Shown piece after piece: positions 40,266-48,801 of a stretch of DNA of 64,000 bases. Numbering within the stretch: the stretch's first letter is position 1; every line of letters starts with the position of its first letter. The notes under the pieces are model-generated. The model had not been told where the DNA came from, ran no database searches, and saw only the letters and a program-made list of their open reading frames with translations. The position numbers and the translations under genes were made by a program. The stretch is taken from the IMG/VR virus record IMGVR_UViG_3300037189_013517, positions 2,391 to 66,390 of that record. The stretch is one strand, 5' to 3'. This stretch comes from a virus.

Positions 40266-40451
40266 ATGTCTATTTCTAAAATGGTTAGTGAATATAAATC
40301 TATAGATGGTCAAAAAACAGTAATGATTCTAGAAAGAGGAACAGGCTATCGCGTCACTATGTTTGATTCATATTTTGAAACATCTAAAGAAGTATTTGCA
40401 GATACTCTGTCCAATGCAGAATATATTGCTATGCAGTGGGTTGGGCAATGA
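40266..40451 (+). CDS. small hypothetical protein
   Basis: 61-aa ORF with SD GAGG. Confidence 0.55.
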   Translation: MSISKMVSEYKSIDGQKTVMILERGTGYRVTMFDSYFETSKEVFADTLSNAEYIAMQWVGQ

Positions 40452-40897
40452 GTTCTAATTTATTTGGTACTCCCGTTGAAAAGGTAATTGAGGAACCGTA
40501 TAAGGCCCCCGCTATCTCGCCCTTCGATTTTATAAATGCTATACAATATACAAAAGACAAGCTTATTGTCGACGAATGGTCTGAAAAGCAGTATAATCCT
40601 TTTTTAATAAACAAGGGTCTTTCTTACGGGCATGATACAGTAATTCCTGCGAACGAAATGAATTCCCGTCCTCATTTGGACAAAATTCTTCAGTTTCACT
40701 TTCTCATAAATATTATTAGGCCTAGAAAAAGATTCAATAAATGGATTAAGGCTGAGAAGGTCGATGATTTGGAAGCAATAAAAGAATACTATGGCTATAG
40801 CACAGAGAAAGCCAAACAAATTCTGCCGCTTCTATCTGAGTCGAATATTGACGAAATAAGAAGAAGAATAAAAAAGGGCGGCAAGAATGAGTACTGA
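40448..40897 (+). CDS. gp62: clamp loader small subunit
   Basis: Y.PFLINKGLS, ANEMN, RKRFNKW.K, EYYGYS.EKA. Confidence 0.92.
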   Translation: MSSNLFGTPVEKVIEEPYKAPAISPFDFINAIQYTKDKLIVDEWSEKQYNPFLINKGLSYGHDTVIPANEMNSRPHLDKILQFHFLINIIRPRKRFNKWIKAEKVDDLEAIKEYYGYSTEKAKQILPLLSESNIDEIRRRIKKGGKNEY

Positions 40898-41321
40898 TAT
40901 TATTTCAATTGACTTCCCGGGATATAACCCACTGGAAGTAATCTTATCTGAACCCGATGATTTTTTAAAGGTTAGAGAAACTTTGACACGTATAGGTGTC
41001 GCTTCAAGAAAAGATAAAACACTATATCAGTCCTGCCATATTTTACATAAGCAGGGACGATATTTTATTGTTCATTTTAAAGAACTATTTGCATTAGATG
41101 GAAAAACTGCAGATCTTTCTGATAATGATTTACAAAGAAGAAATACGATTGCTAAATTACTAGTAGATTGGGGATTAGTTAAAATTAATGATCCTCATTT
41201 CTTTACTAATTATGCTCCTCTGTCTCAAATTAAAGTTATCTCTCATAAAGAGAAAGATGAATGGAAACTTGAAACAAAGTATAATATAGGCAAAAAGAAA
41301 ATGGGCAATTCGTATAAATAA
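40887..41321 (+). CDS. regA: translational repressor RegA
   Basis: DDFLKVRETLTRIGVAS, CHILHKQGRYFIVHFKELF. Confidence 0.97.
   Translation: MSTDIISIDFPGYNPLEVILSEPDDFLKVRETLTRIGVASRKDKTLYQSCHILHKQGRYFIVHFKELFALDGKTADLSDNDLQRRNTIAKLLVDWGLVKINDPHFFTNYAPLSQIKVISHKEKDEWKLETKYNIGKKKMGNSYK
41313..41320 (+). promoter_or_regulatory. T4-type late promoter upstream of pqqA
   Basis: TATAAATA overlapping the regA stop codon. Confidence 0.7.
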
Positions 41322-41408
41322 GTATATAGACCAGTAGTGATCTCAAGTTGAACCTGCAATTGCTCTTCAACGAACTGATCGTTTTTAGTAACCTCAAAGG
41401 AGACCATT

Positions 41409-41480
41409 ATGTGGACAAAACCAGAAGCAACTGACATGCGTTTCGGATTCGAAATCACCATGTACGTAGCAAACCGCTAA
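41409..41480 (+). CDS. pqqA: pyrroloquinoline quinone precursor peptide PqqA
   Basis: Translates to [23 protein letters not shown] (23 aa) with W-x-x-P and G-F-E-x-x-x-Y; SD AAGGAG 6 nt upstream; not in the ORF track. Confidence 0.92.
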   Translation: MWTKPEATDMRFGFEITMYVANR

Positions 41481-41634
41481 TCCCAATCGGGATGGGAACT
41501 GGTTGGTAGGCCCAGTTAAAACTACCACTTCATAAGAAAGGCTATGCCTTATGGATAGTTGTTTCTTAGACCTCGAGGGGTATTTCGAGGAACGTAATCG
41601 TAATTTTTTAAACTCGCTTAATCAAGGAGCATAT

Positions 41635-41859
41635 ATGTTAGCATACGCAAACATGGCTATAGATGCCATTCAAAATTCTAAAAAAGCTTTTCTCACTACC
41701 TTTGTTAAAGAAGATTCTGTAAGAAAACCACTCGAACAATTTGTAGAATCACAGGGTTCTTTTGCAAGACAAATCGCAAAAACAAACTGGGATTTTGCTG
41801 AGGCGGTTATCAATACTTCCCACAAAGCATTCCTTAGTTCTAAAACTGATACTAAATAA
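41635..41859 (+). CDS. small amphipathic helical protein, phasin-like
   Basis: MLAYANMAIDAIQNSKKAFLTTFV...QFVESQ..FARQ; SD AAGGAG. Confidence 0.5.
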   Translation: MLAYANMAIDAIQNSKKAFLTTFVKEDSVRKPLEQFVESQGSFARQIAKTNWDFAEAVINTSHKAFLSSKTDTK

Positions 41860-41869
41860 GGAGAGAGAA

Positions 41870-42364
41870 ATGACTTTTGTACCTACTTTTTTCGGAAAAG
41901 ATTTTGACAAATTTTTTGTAGGATTTGACGATCAATTTAATCGTCTATCCAAAATACATGATGACATCACAAAAAATATTCCAAATTATCCCCCATATAA
42001 TATTAAGAAAACTGGCGACAATAACTATACAATTGAATTGGCAGTTGCAGGTTTTGCAAAACAGGATATTGAGATTGAATTTGCTGACGATAAGTTAATC
42101 GTTAAGGGCAGTACATCTGACGATGCAGATTCAGATTATTTGTTTAAAGGAATCGCTGGTCGTAACTTTACTCGTACCTTTGCATTGAACGATCAAATTG
42201 AAATTAAAGGTGCAGAACTATTTAATGGTATGCTTCAAATTGCTTTAGAAAGAATTATTCCTGAGCATAAGAAGCCGAAAAAAATTGAAGTAAAAGATAC
42301 AAGTGAAGTAACTCCAAAGAATTCTAAGAAAGAACTTTTGTTGGAGGATGTAAATGATAAATGA
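41870..42364 (+). CDS. small heat shock protein (Hsp20/IbpA family)
   Basis: NYPPYNIKK, IELAVAGF, GIAGRNF.RTF.L, NGMLQI.LE. Confidence 0.95.
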   Translation: MTFVPTFFGKDFDKFFVGFDDQFNRLSKIHDDITKNIPNYPPYNIKKTGDNNYTIELAVAGFAKQDIEIEFADDKLIVKGSTSDDADSDYLFKGIAGRNFTRTFALNDQIEIKGAELFNGMLQIALERIIPEHKKPKKIEVKDTSEVTPKNSKKELLLEDVNDK

Positions 42365-42518
42365 TCTCTTCGGCTGGGTTAAAGGGATCTTTGAACATAG
42401 TTATGCAACTGAATTAGAAAATTATATTATTCTGCATAATCCAAAAGACGGCGCAGATGTGGAAAGATTGACCGTGCAATATAATCAACGCATGGCAAGA
42501 GAAAACTTTAGCAATTAA
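42354..42518 (+). CDS. small protein, DUF3563-like
   Basis: 54-aa ORF MINDLFGWVKGIFE...ELENYI...PKDGADVERL; SD GGAGG; not in the ORF track. Confidence 0.55.
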   Translation: MINDLFGWVKGIFEHSYATELENYIILHNPKDGADVERLTVQYNQRMARENFSN

Positions 42519-42521
42519 AAA

Positions 42522-42541
42522 GAGTGGGCTTCGGCCCACTC
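42522..42541 (+). terminator. cUUCGg hairpin
   Basis: GAGTGGGC-TTCG-GCCCACTC. Confidence 0.7.
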
Positions 42542-42560
42542 AAATACTTGAGAGGAAATT

Positions 42561-42869
42561 ATGGTTAAGATTTTAAAATTTATGTCGGGTGAAGAAGTTG
42601 TAGGTCAAATTACTAAGAGCCCAGAAGATTCTCTTATTACTATGAGAAAACCCTGCGCAATTATGTTGATAGGATCTAAGTCATCCCCGGATCAACATTC
42701 AATGGCATTAATCCCCTATGCAGCATATACTAAAGATCACGAAATTAAAATTGATGCGCGGCACGTAATGTGGGAGGCGGAACTAGCAGATGACGTTCTG
42801 AATCAATATAATGCGTTATTTGGTTCGGGTATTCAGATTGTAACTGGTCAGAATTCTTCCCAGTTTTAA
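42561..42869 (+). CDS. conserved T4-like hypothetical protein (Sm-like)
   Basis: KILKFMSGEEVV...PY...YN..FGSGI. Confidence 0.7.
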   Translation: MVKILKFMSGEEVVGQITKSPEDSLITMRKPCAIMLIGSKSSPDQHSMALIPYAAYTKDHEIKIDARHVMWEAELADDVLNQYNALFGSGIQIVTGQNSSQF

Positions 42870-43641
42870 TTTCGCAATCAATCCATTTTAAATTGTTATA
42901 CCAAACATACCCAGGGTAACCCTTGGGTATTAAGCATCGACCAAGTTCAGGTTTTGCATCAATGCGAATTTGTACTACAGCCCAAATTAACCAACAAATA
43001 TAAAGTATAGCTACAAATGACATGCTCCAACAATATGCTTTGTATTTAAGTTTTTTTATTTGTTTTCTTTTTATAATTGCAAGTTGAGAATTTCTTCTCA
43101 TCTCTGCTGAAATTGCAATTGCCTGTTCTTTACCTACTACTTCCATCATTGCTTGCACTTCTGTCCAAAGAGCACCTAACTCAGGCGGACTTTGATATAC
43201 CATAATTTCACGCAACTCTGTACCCATTGCATCCAATTGCTTTTTAAGTAGAACGCGTTGCAATGCACGTTTGCCTATACTATCTTCACCGTGATAAACC
43301 TCAGTTTTACTACGACGTTCTTCTTCTTCAAATATTGCATAGCATTTATGTAGATTGTCAAAATATACACCCAACTGCTCACCAATCTGCGTGTAGATAT
43401 TAGACGTCTCGCCATCTTGCTTGTTTAGACGTATGATGCGATTTTTTTCTTCTATAAGCTGATTTTGCTCAGCTACAGTCGGAGGACGATCTTTATGTGC
43501 AGTATGAAACTGATCATCAAGATCCTTCAGAACATCTTTAATGTCCCCCGCTGCGCCTTTTATATCCTTGTAAAGTTTACAACCTTCTTTAACAAGTTTT
43601 ACTGCCCCATTCGCAAGAGCGAATAGTGTTAATGGATCCAT
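42745..43641 (-). CDS. coiled-coil protein with a C-terminal TM helix
   Basis: MDPLTLFALANGAV start; coiled coil; hydrophobic YCWSMSFVAILYICWLIWAVV. Confidence 0.7.
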   Translation of the reverse strand: MDPLTLFALANGAVKLVKEGCKLYKDIKGAAGDIKDVLKDLDDQFHTAHKDRPPTVAEQNQLIEEKNRIIRLNKQDGETSNIYTQIGEQLGVYFDNLHKCYAIFEEEERRSKTEVYHGEDSIGKRALQRVLLKKQLDAMGTELREIMVYQSPPELGALWTEVQAMMEVVGKEQAIAISAEMRRNSQLAIIKRKQIKKLKYKAYCWSMSFVAILYICWLIWAVVQIRIDAKPELGRCLIPKGYPGYVWYNNLKWIDCEIKTGKNSDQLQSEYPNQITHYIDSERHLLVPPPTLRAAHQF

Positions 43642-43651
43642 CTTCCGTTAA

Positions 43652-43828
43652 TTACTTCTTTTCAGGTAATTTGGTGCCTTCTAACTTCTTATGGACCTTA
43701 ATAGTTTTACAGACTTCTTTTTCTTTTTTAGTCTTGTTATCAAATTCTTTGACACAAACTTTTTTTGTTTCTGCAGCAAAAACCGAAGTGGTTAATGCCA
43801 ACAAAGTTAATACTAGTAATTTTTTCAT
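43652..43828 (-). CDS. small secreted basic protein with one Cys pair
   Basis: MKKLLVLTLLALTTSVFA-AETKKVC...C (58 aa), read manually. Confidence 0.7.
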   Translation of the reverse strand: MKKLLVLTLLALTTSVFAAETKKVCVKEFDNKTKKEKEVCKTIKVHKKLEGTKLPEKK

Positions 43829-44049
43829 TTCTTTTCCTTGGTAACAAATTTTTCGGATGCGGTGAATCCTAGTCCACCTATAACAATATACATCATTGTA
43901 TCAAAAGTCTGGGGATTAACCTTCTTTTCAAAAAACATTTCTGCAATGAATCCTGTAGCAAGTAGAATGAATGCCAAAAAAGTAATCATTCTTTTGCTAC
44001 TAGGATTATTCTCACCCTCTCCTGATAACATTTTCGAGAGGAAGTTCAT
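43825..44049 (-). CDS. 2-TM holin-like membrane protein
   Basis: SSKR.ITF followed by two hydrophobic helices and a basic C-terminus. Confidence 0.6.
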   Translation of the reverse strand: MNFLSKMLSGEGENNPSSKRMITFLAFILLATGFIAEMFFEKKVNPQTFDTMMYIVIGGLGFTASEKFVTKEKK

Positions 44050-44517
44050 TTAGACCTCAGGGTGGGGAGGTTGAGCTGGAGCAGGTTTACCACCGAACCC
44101 TTGAGATACTACACCGTTTTCCATATAAACCCATTCGCCAGATTTTGCTGAAGGTGCAGCTGATACTGTAGGGGTTACTTGCACAATAGGCTCTGCCTTT
44201 GCAACTGATGGTGGTTCTGGTGGCGGAGTGTAAGGTTTGTTCGCAGCATCAATCGCTTTACCACGCAAATCTTTGTCATCGCCTGCAAGCATAATGCCTG
44301 ATAATGTACCAGTTAAGAATGTTGCTACAGGAATAATAAGTTCAAAAAACTTATTGTCCACGGGACTCATGCCATTCATTGGTTGTGTGACAAAGATTAA
44401 ACTATATAGAACAACGAATACAATTCCAAAAAGCGTTAATCCTAGAATTATACCAATAAAAAATTTTAATCTTGCATTTAGTTCTTCGGTTGTATATTTT
44501 TCTTGTGCGAATATCAT
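44050..44517 (-). CDS. 2-TM membrane protein with Pro-rich tail
   Basis: FFIGIILGLTLFGIVFVVLYSLIF and LIIPVATFLTGTLSGIML. Confidence 0.7.
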   Translation of the reverse strand: MIFAQEKYTTEELNARLKFFIGIILGLTLFGIVFVVLYSLIFVTQPMNGMSPVDNKFFELIIPVATFLTGTLSGIMLAGDDKDLRGKAIDAANKPYTPPPEPPSVAKAEPIVQVTPTVSAAPSAKSGEWVYMENGVVSQGFGGKPAPAQPPHPEV

Positions 44518-44702
44518 TTATTTCCTCCAGTTTTATCTTTTACATAGTGTTTTAAATCTTCAGGGCATGTACCATTTGCGGTGCAGTATGGTTTCTGACA
44601 CATCTTTTCACCCCAATTTTCAGGGTCTTGGCAAGGATATCGATAACCTTCCTTACATGCAAAGAGAGTAAGTGGTAATAATAGAAGTAGTAAATATTTC
44701 AT
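44514..44702 (-). CDS. small lipoprotein
   Basis: MKYLLLLLLPLTLFA-C lipobox; Cys-rich RYPCQDP..W...C..P.C...GTC. Confidence 0.7.
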   Translation of the reverse strand: MKYLLLLLLPLTLFACKEGYRYPCQDPENWGEKMCQKPYCTANGTCPEDLKHYVKDKTGGNK

Positions 44703-45319
44703 TAATGTACTCCCAACACGTGAAGTGCGTGAGCATAATGTTTCTTACGATCTTCAAGTCCTATGGTGCCACCGTTAATGATCTTAGTCATCTTTTCGAT
44801 GTCGCCTTTATCCGCCCACTGATTAAGTTTATTGGTTTCCCAAAACCAGCAAGCGGATTGTGCGGCACCTTCGAACGTTGCCATATATTCTGCAGCTTCT
44901 TCTGGAGAAATTTCAAGTGATGCTGCAAACCAAGTGTAATTTGTTTTACCAGTCAATTGAATTAGTCCACGACCACGATATTTGAATCCATCGCCAGATG
45001 CTTCATTCCCATTACCCATGCGGTCGGCATAGATTTTGTTTGCAATCTTTTGAGGGTTCTTTTCGTATGCTTTAGCAGTTCCAATGTCTTTGAAGTATTT
45101 TCCAAATATCTTCATTAGACTTTCTGCTTTGTAGTTCAGATTCTCAGAGAGGAAGATAAACCCGCCGGATTCATGAGCACATTGTGCAATGAATGCTGCG
45201 ATTCTCTGAGGGGTATTGATTTCATAATCCGGAAGCAATTGACTGAGTGCATGATGCCATTGGTCAATGTATGGATTTTTTGGAAGTAGTTGTTTTAGCT
45301 GTTCTTTTGTCAGTTCCAT
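44702..45319 (-). CDS. GH19-family endolysin
   Basis: AAFIAQCAHESGG, ENLNY, YRGRGLIQLTG, INGG..GL.DR. Confidence 0.9.
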   Translation of the reverse strand: MELTKEQLKQLLPKNPYIDQWHHALSQLLPDYEINTPQRIAAFIAQCAHESGGFIFLSENLNYKAESLMKIFGKYFKDIGTAKAYEKNPQKIANKIYADRMGNGNEASGDGFKYRGRGLIQLTGKTNYTWFAASLEISPEEAAEYMATFEGAAQSACWFWETNKLNQWADKGDIEKMTKIINGGTIGLEDRKKHYAHALHVLGVH

Positions 45320-45439
45320 TTTAGAATCCTTAATGTTTACGAAGTGTGCCGGTCCCAGATATGGGGTCAACTCAGGAAAACGTAATAAAGAATTCTATAA
45401 AAAGCACTGATAAATGGATTACTTTAAGTAATCCCACAA

Positions 45440-45447
45440 TATTTATA
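45440..45447 (-). promoter_or_regulatory. late promoter for the inverted lysis cassette
   Basis: TATTTATA on + equals TATAAATA on -. Confidence 0.7.
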
Positions 45448-45476
45448 TTGACAGGGTTATATAGATATATTATAAT
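45448..45476 (+). promoter_or_regulatory. sigma70 consensus promoter for gp43
   Basis: TTGACA-N17-TATAAT. Confidence 0.85.
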
Positions 45477-45506
45477 TAGCATAGAAATATAAAGTTAAGG
45501 AGTTCT

Positions 45507-47996
45507 ATGAAGTTCTACACTAGTGTGAATCAGTATGGTAACAGTATCCTAGTTCGTGGGGTAAATAACGGGAAAAAGGTGCAAGACCGAGTACCCTTTA
45601 AACCAAGTATTTTTGTAAAATCTCAGAACCCAAGTAAATATAAATCTTTATATGGTCAGGACTTAGAATCTATTCGGTTCGAAAGTATTAATGAGGCCAA
45701 AGAATATGTTAATCGTTATAAGGATGTGGATAACTTTCCTATCTTTGGTAACACAAATTTTGCATATCAATATATTACAGAAACATTTCCAAATGATATT
45801 GAATTTGATATCTCTGAGATTAAAACTTGGTCTTTGGATATTGAGACTTCTGCAGACTTAGGATTCCCCGATGTTGCAACAGCACAGGAAAAAGTATTAC
45901 TTATAACTATACAGGACTATGCCACAAAGGACTTAGTTACCTTTGGGCTTAATGAGTATGAACCTAAAAGCGAAAGACATAAGTATATCGCATGTAAAGA
46001 CGAATTTACCCTACTTAAAAAATTTGTAGAATATATTTCCAATGATCATCCTCATATTATCACGGGTTGGAATGTAGAGTTTTTTGATATACCTTATCTT
46101 TGTAATCGTATTAATAGAATACTAGGAGAAGATTATCTTCTTCAACTTTCGCCGTGGAAAATAGTTAAAGAAAAGAATATCATCAAATTAAAGAAAGAAA
46201 ATATTTCATTTGATCTTATTGGTATTGCTATTCTAGATTATCTTGATCTATATAAGAAGTTTACTTATACTAATCAGGAATCATATAAATTAGATCATAT
46301 CGCAAAGGTAGAATTGGGAAAAGAAAAATTATCATATGAAGGAACCTTCACAGAGTTTTATCGAAATGATTGGAATAGATTTGTAGACTATAACGTTCGA
46401 GATGTAGAACTTGTAGATGAACTTGAAGAACGTATGAAGTTAATTGAACTTATTCTTACAATGGCGTATGACGCAAAGAGCAATTATATTGATATCTTCT
46501 CTGCAGTACGAACTTGGGATTGTATTCTTTATAATGAGCTATGGAAAAAGAATATCGTCGTACATCAACGAGAAGAGAAAATGGGCAGGGCGATCGCAGG
46601 GGCGTATGTTAAAGAACCTATCCCCGGTAAGTATAATTGGGTAGTATCTTTTGATGCAACAAGTCTGTATCCTAGTATCATTATGCAATATAATATGTCT
46701 CCCGAGACAATTATGAATCAGTATTTTGAATACTTCGATATTGAGATGAGGCATCTTTTAGACGGTAGTCAAAATCTTGAAGAATTAGATAAGCGCAATT
46801 TTTGTATGACATCTAATGGTAGATGTTTTAAACGAGATAAGCAGGGAGTATTTCCTGCCATTGTACAAAAACTATTTGATGATAGAACAAAATATAAGAA
46901 GTTAATGCTTGAAGCACAATCTCAGTATGAGGAAACAAAAAATAAGCATTGGCAAAAAGAAATATCCAAATATAATAATTTTCAGATGGCTCGAAAGATT
47001 CAGATGAATTCGTTATTTGGTGCAATGGCTAATGAATATTTTAGATTTTATGATGACCATATTGCAGAAGGTATCACACTTACAGGTCAGTATATAATCC
47101 AAAAGATAGGTAGAGCATTAGATGATTATCTAAATAAGATATGTGGAACTAAAGATCATAGTTATTCTTTTTATTCTGATACTGATTCTTGCTATGTCAC
47201 ACTTGATCCGTTGGTGAAGAAATTTTACAAAGATCAACCTCCAGAAAAAGTTGTAGAAATACTTGATAAAATCTGCGAGGATAAAATTCAGGAAATACTA
47301 AATAAAACTTGTGATCAGATTGCAGATTATACTAATGCGTTTGATAAAAAGATTACGTTTAAGAGAGAAGCAATTGCGGAAACAGGTGTTTGGGTAGCAA
47401 AGAAACGATATGCGTTGAATGTATATAACAATGAGGGTGTCCAATATAAGGAACCTAAGTTGAAGGTTATGGGACTTGAGATTGTTAGATCTTCTACACC
47501 CGAGCCTGTACGAGATGCTCTGAGAGAAGCGGTTAAATTGATCTTAACCAAAGATGAAGATACTCTGCAGCGATTTATTATGGACTTCGAAACAAAGTAT
47601 AAAAAATTAGAACCAGAACTTATATCTTTTCCCAGAGGAGTTAACGGATTAGATAAATATACTGATAGAGCAAATATATATAAGCAAGCAACCCCGATGC
47701 ATGTTAGGGGCGCGCTTCTTTATAATTTTTATTTGGATAAGTATGATCTAGGTAAAAAATATGAGAGAATTAAAGAGGGAGATAAAATTAAATTTATTTA
47801 CCTCAAAGAACCCAATACTATTGGTGAAAATTGTATAGCTTTTAATTCTGTTATTCCTCCGGAAATGGATCTGAAGAAGTACTCAGATTATGATACGATG
47901 TTTTCTAAATCCTTTCTAGAACCATTGACTACAATATTAAATGGTATTGGTTGGTCGGCGAAGCCGCAAGCAACCCTAGAAGGATTATTTGGATGA
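45507..47996 (+). CDS. gp43: family B DNA polymerase
   Basis: DIET exonuclease, SFDATSLYPS, KIQMNSLFG, YSDTDS, KKRYAL. Confidence 0.98.
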   Translation: MKFYTSVNQYGNSILVRGVNNGKKVQDRVPFKPSIFVKSQNPSKYKSLYGQDLESIRFESINEAKEYVNRYKDVDNFPIFGNTNFAYQYITETFPNDIEFDISEIKTWSLDIETSADLGFPDVATAQEKVLLITIQDYATKDLVTFGLNEYEPKSERHKYIACKDEFTLLKKFVEYISNDHPHIITGWNVEFFDIPYLCNRINRILGEDYLLQLSPWKIVKEKNIIKLKKENISFDLIGIAILDYLDLYKKFTYTNQESYKLDHIAKVELGKEKLSYEGTFTEFYRNDWNRFVDYNVRDVELVDELEERMKLIELILTMAYDAKSNYIDIFSAVRTWDCILYNELWKKNIVVHQREEKMGRAIAGAYVKEPIPGKYNWVVSFDATSLYPSIIMQYNMSPETIMNQYFEYFDIEMRHLLDGSQNLEELDKRNFCMTSNGRCFKRDKQGVFPAIVQKLFDDRTKYKKLMLEAQSQYEETKNKHWQKEISKYNNFQMARKIQMNSLFGAMANEYFRFYDDHIAEGITLTGQYIIQKIGRALDDYLNKICGTKDHSYSFYSDTDSCYVTLDPLVKKFYKDQPPEKVVEILDKICEDKIQEILNKTCDQIADYTNAFDKKITFKREAIAETGVWVAKKRYALNVYNNEGVQYKEPKLKVMGLEIVRSSTPEPVRDALREAVKLILTKDEDTLQRFIMDFETKYKKLEPELISFPRGVNGLDKYTDRANIYKQATPMHVRGALLYNFYLDKYDLGKKYERIKEGDKIKFIYLKEPNTIGENCIAFNSVIPPEMDLKKYSDYDTMFSKSFLEPLTTILNGIGWSAKPQATLEGLFG

Positions 47997-48751
47997 AAAA
48001 ACTATTAGCACTTTTATTACTACCCTTAACAGTATTAGCAAATCCTATTGATGATAAATGTCCCCAGTTTGTTTATAATGGAGCACCCGTCAGTAAATTA
48101 ACAGAAACACAATACATATGTAAAAAGAATTATGCCATTAACTATCGGTATAATACTAAGACAGCAGAATATGTTGTTCAGCATATCACATTAGAATCAA
48201 TTACTGGTCCTGCAAAACGCAAAGATGATTTTAGACCAGACCCAGCAATACCAGAACAACACAGAAGTTTATTATCCGATTACGCAGGCCAACCATATGA
48301 CAGAGGTCATTTGGCACCCGGTGCAGATAATAATGCGAATGATGAAATCATGAGTGAAAGTTTCTTCTTAAGCAATATGGTTCCCCAAGTACCTAATCAT
48401 AATAGAGGTATTTGGAAACAACTAGAAACCGCAGTGCGTGGTTGGGTTAAAGAAGGTAAAGACATATACGTAGTTAGTGGAACAGTATATGAAACTCAAT
48501 ATTCAAAGATTGGTAAAAGCGAAGTAGGTGTGCCAAATGGTATGTGGAAGGTTATTCTTGATGCCAAAACAAATAAAGCAATTGCTTTTATGTTTCCTAA
48601 CGCTCCATTACCAGTAAAAGATTTACCTAAGTATGCAACAACCGTAAGAGAAGTTGAACAGAAAACGGGTTTGAATTTTCATCCAAAAATGAAAGATGAC
48701 TCTACGGAAACAACCTTGCCAAATTTAAAAGAATGGTCAGGCTTGCAGTAG
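47993..48751 (+). CDS. secreted DNA/RNA non-specific endonuclease (NucA/EndA family)
   Basis: Signal peptide MKKLLALLLLPLTVLA; YDRGHLAP, SNMVPQ...NRG.W..LE. Confidence 0.9.
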   Translation: MKKLLALLLLPLTVLANPIDDKCPQFVYNGAPVSKLTETQYICKKNYAINYRYNTKTAEYVVQHITLESITGPAKRKDDFRPDPAIPEQHRSLLSDYAGQPYDRGHLAPGADNNANDEIMSESFFLSNMVPQVPNHNRGIWKQLETAVRGWVKEGKDIYVVSGTVYETQYSKIGKSEVGVPNGMWKVILDAKTNKAIAFMFPNAPLPVKDLPKYATTVREVEQKTGLNFHPKMKDDSTETTLPNLKEWSGLQ

Positions 48752-48777
48752 ACAAAAACTATGTTTTATATTATAAT
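48749..48777 (+). promoter_or_regulatory. sigma70-type promoter for uvsX
   Basis: TAGACA-N17-TATAAT. Confidence 0.7.
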
Positions 48778-48801
48778 TAGATTATTACTTAAGGAGATAT
48801 A

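Noticed and set aside
41243-41461. 72-aa minus-strand ORF from the track
   Set aside because: Shadow of regA/pqqA; the + strand has the SD, promoter and a recognisable peptide
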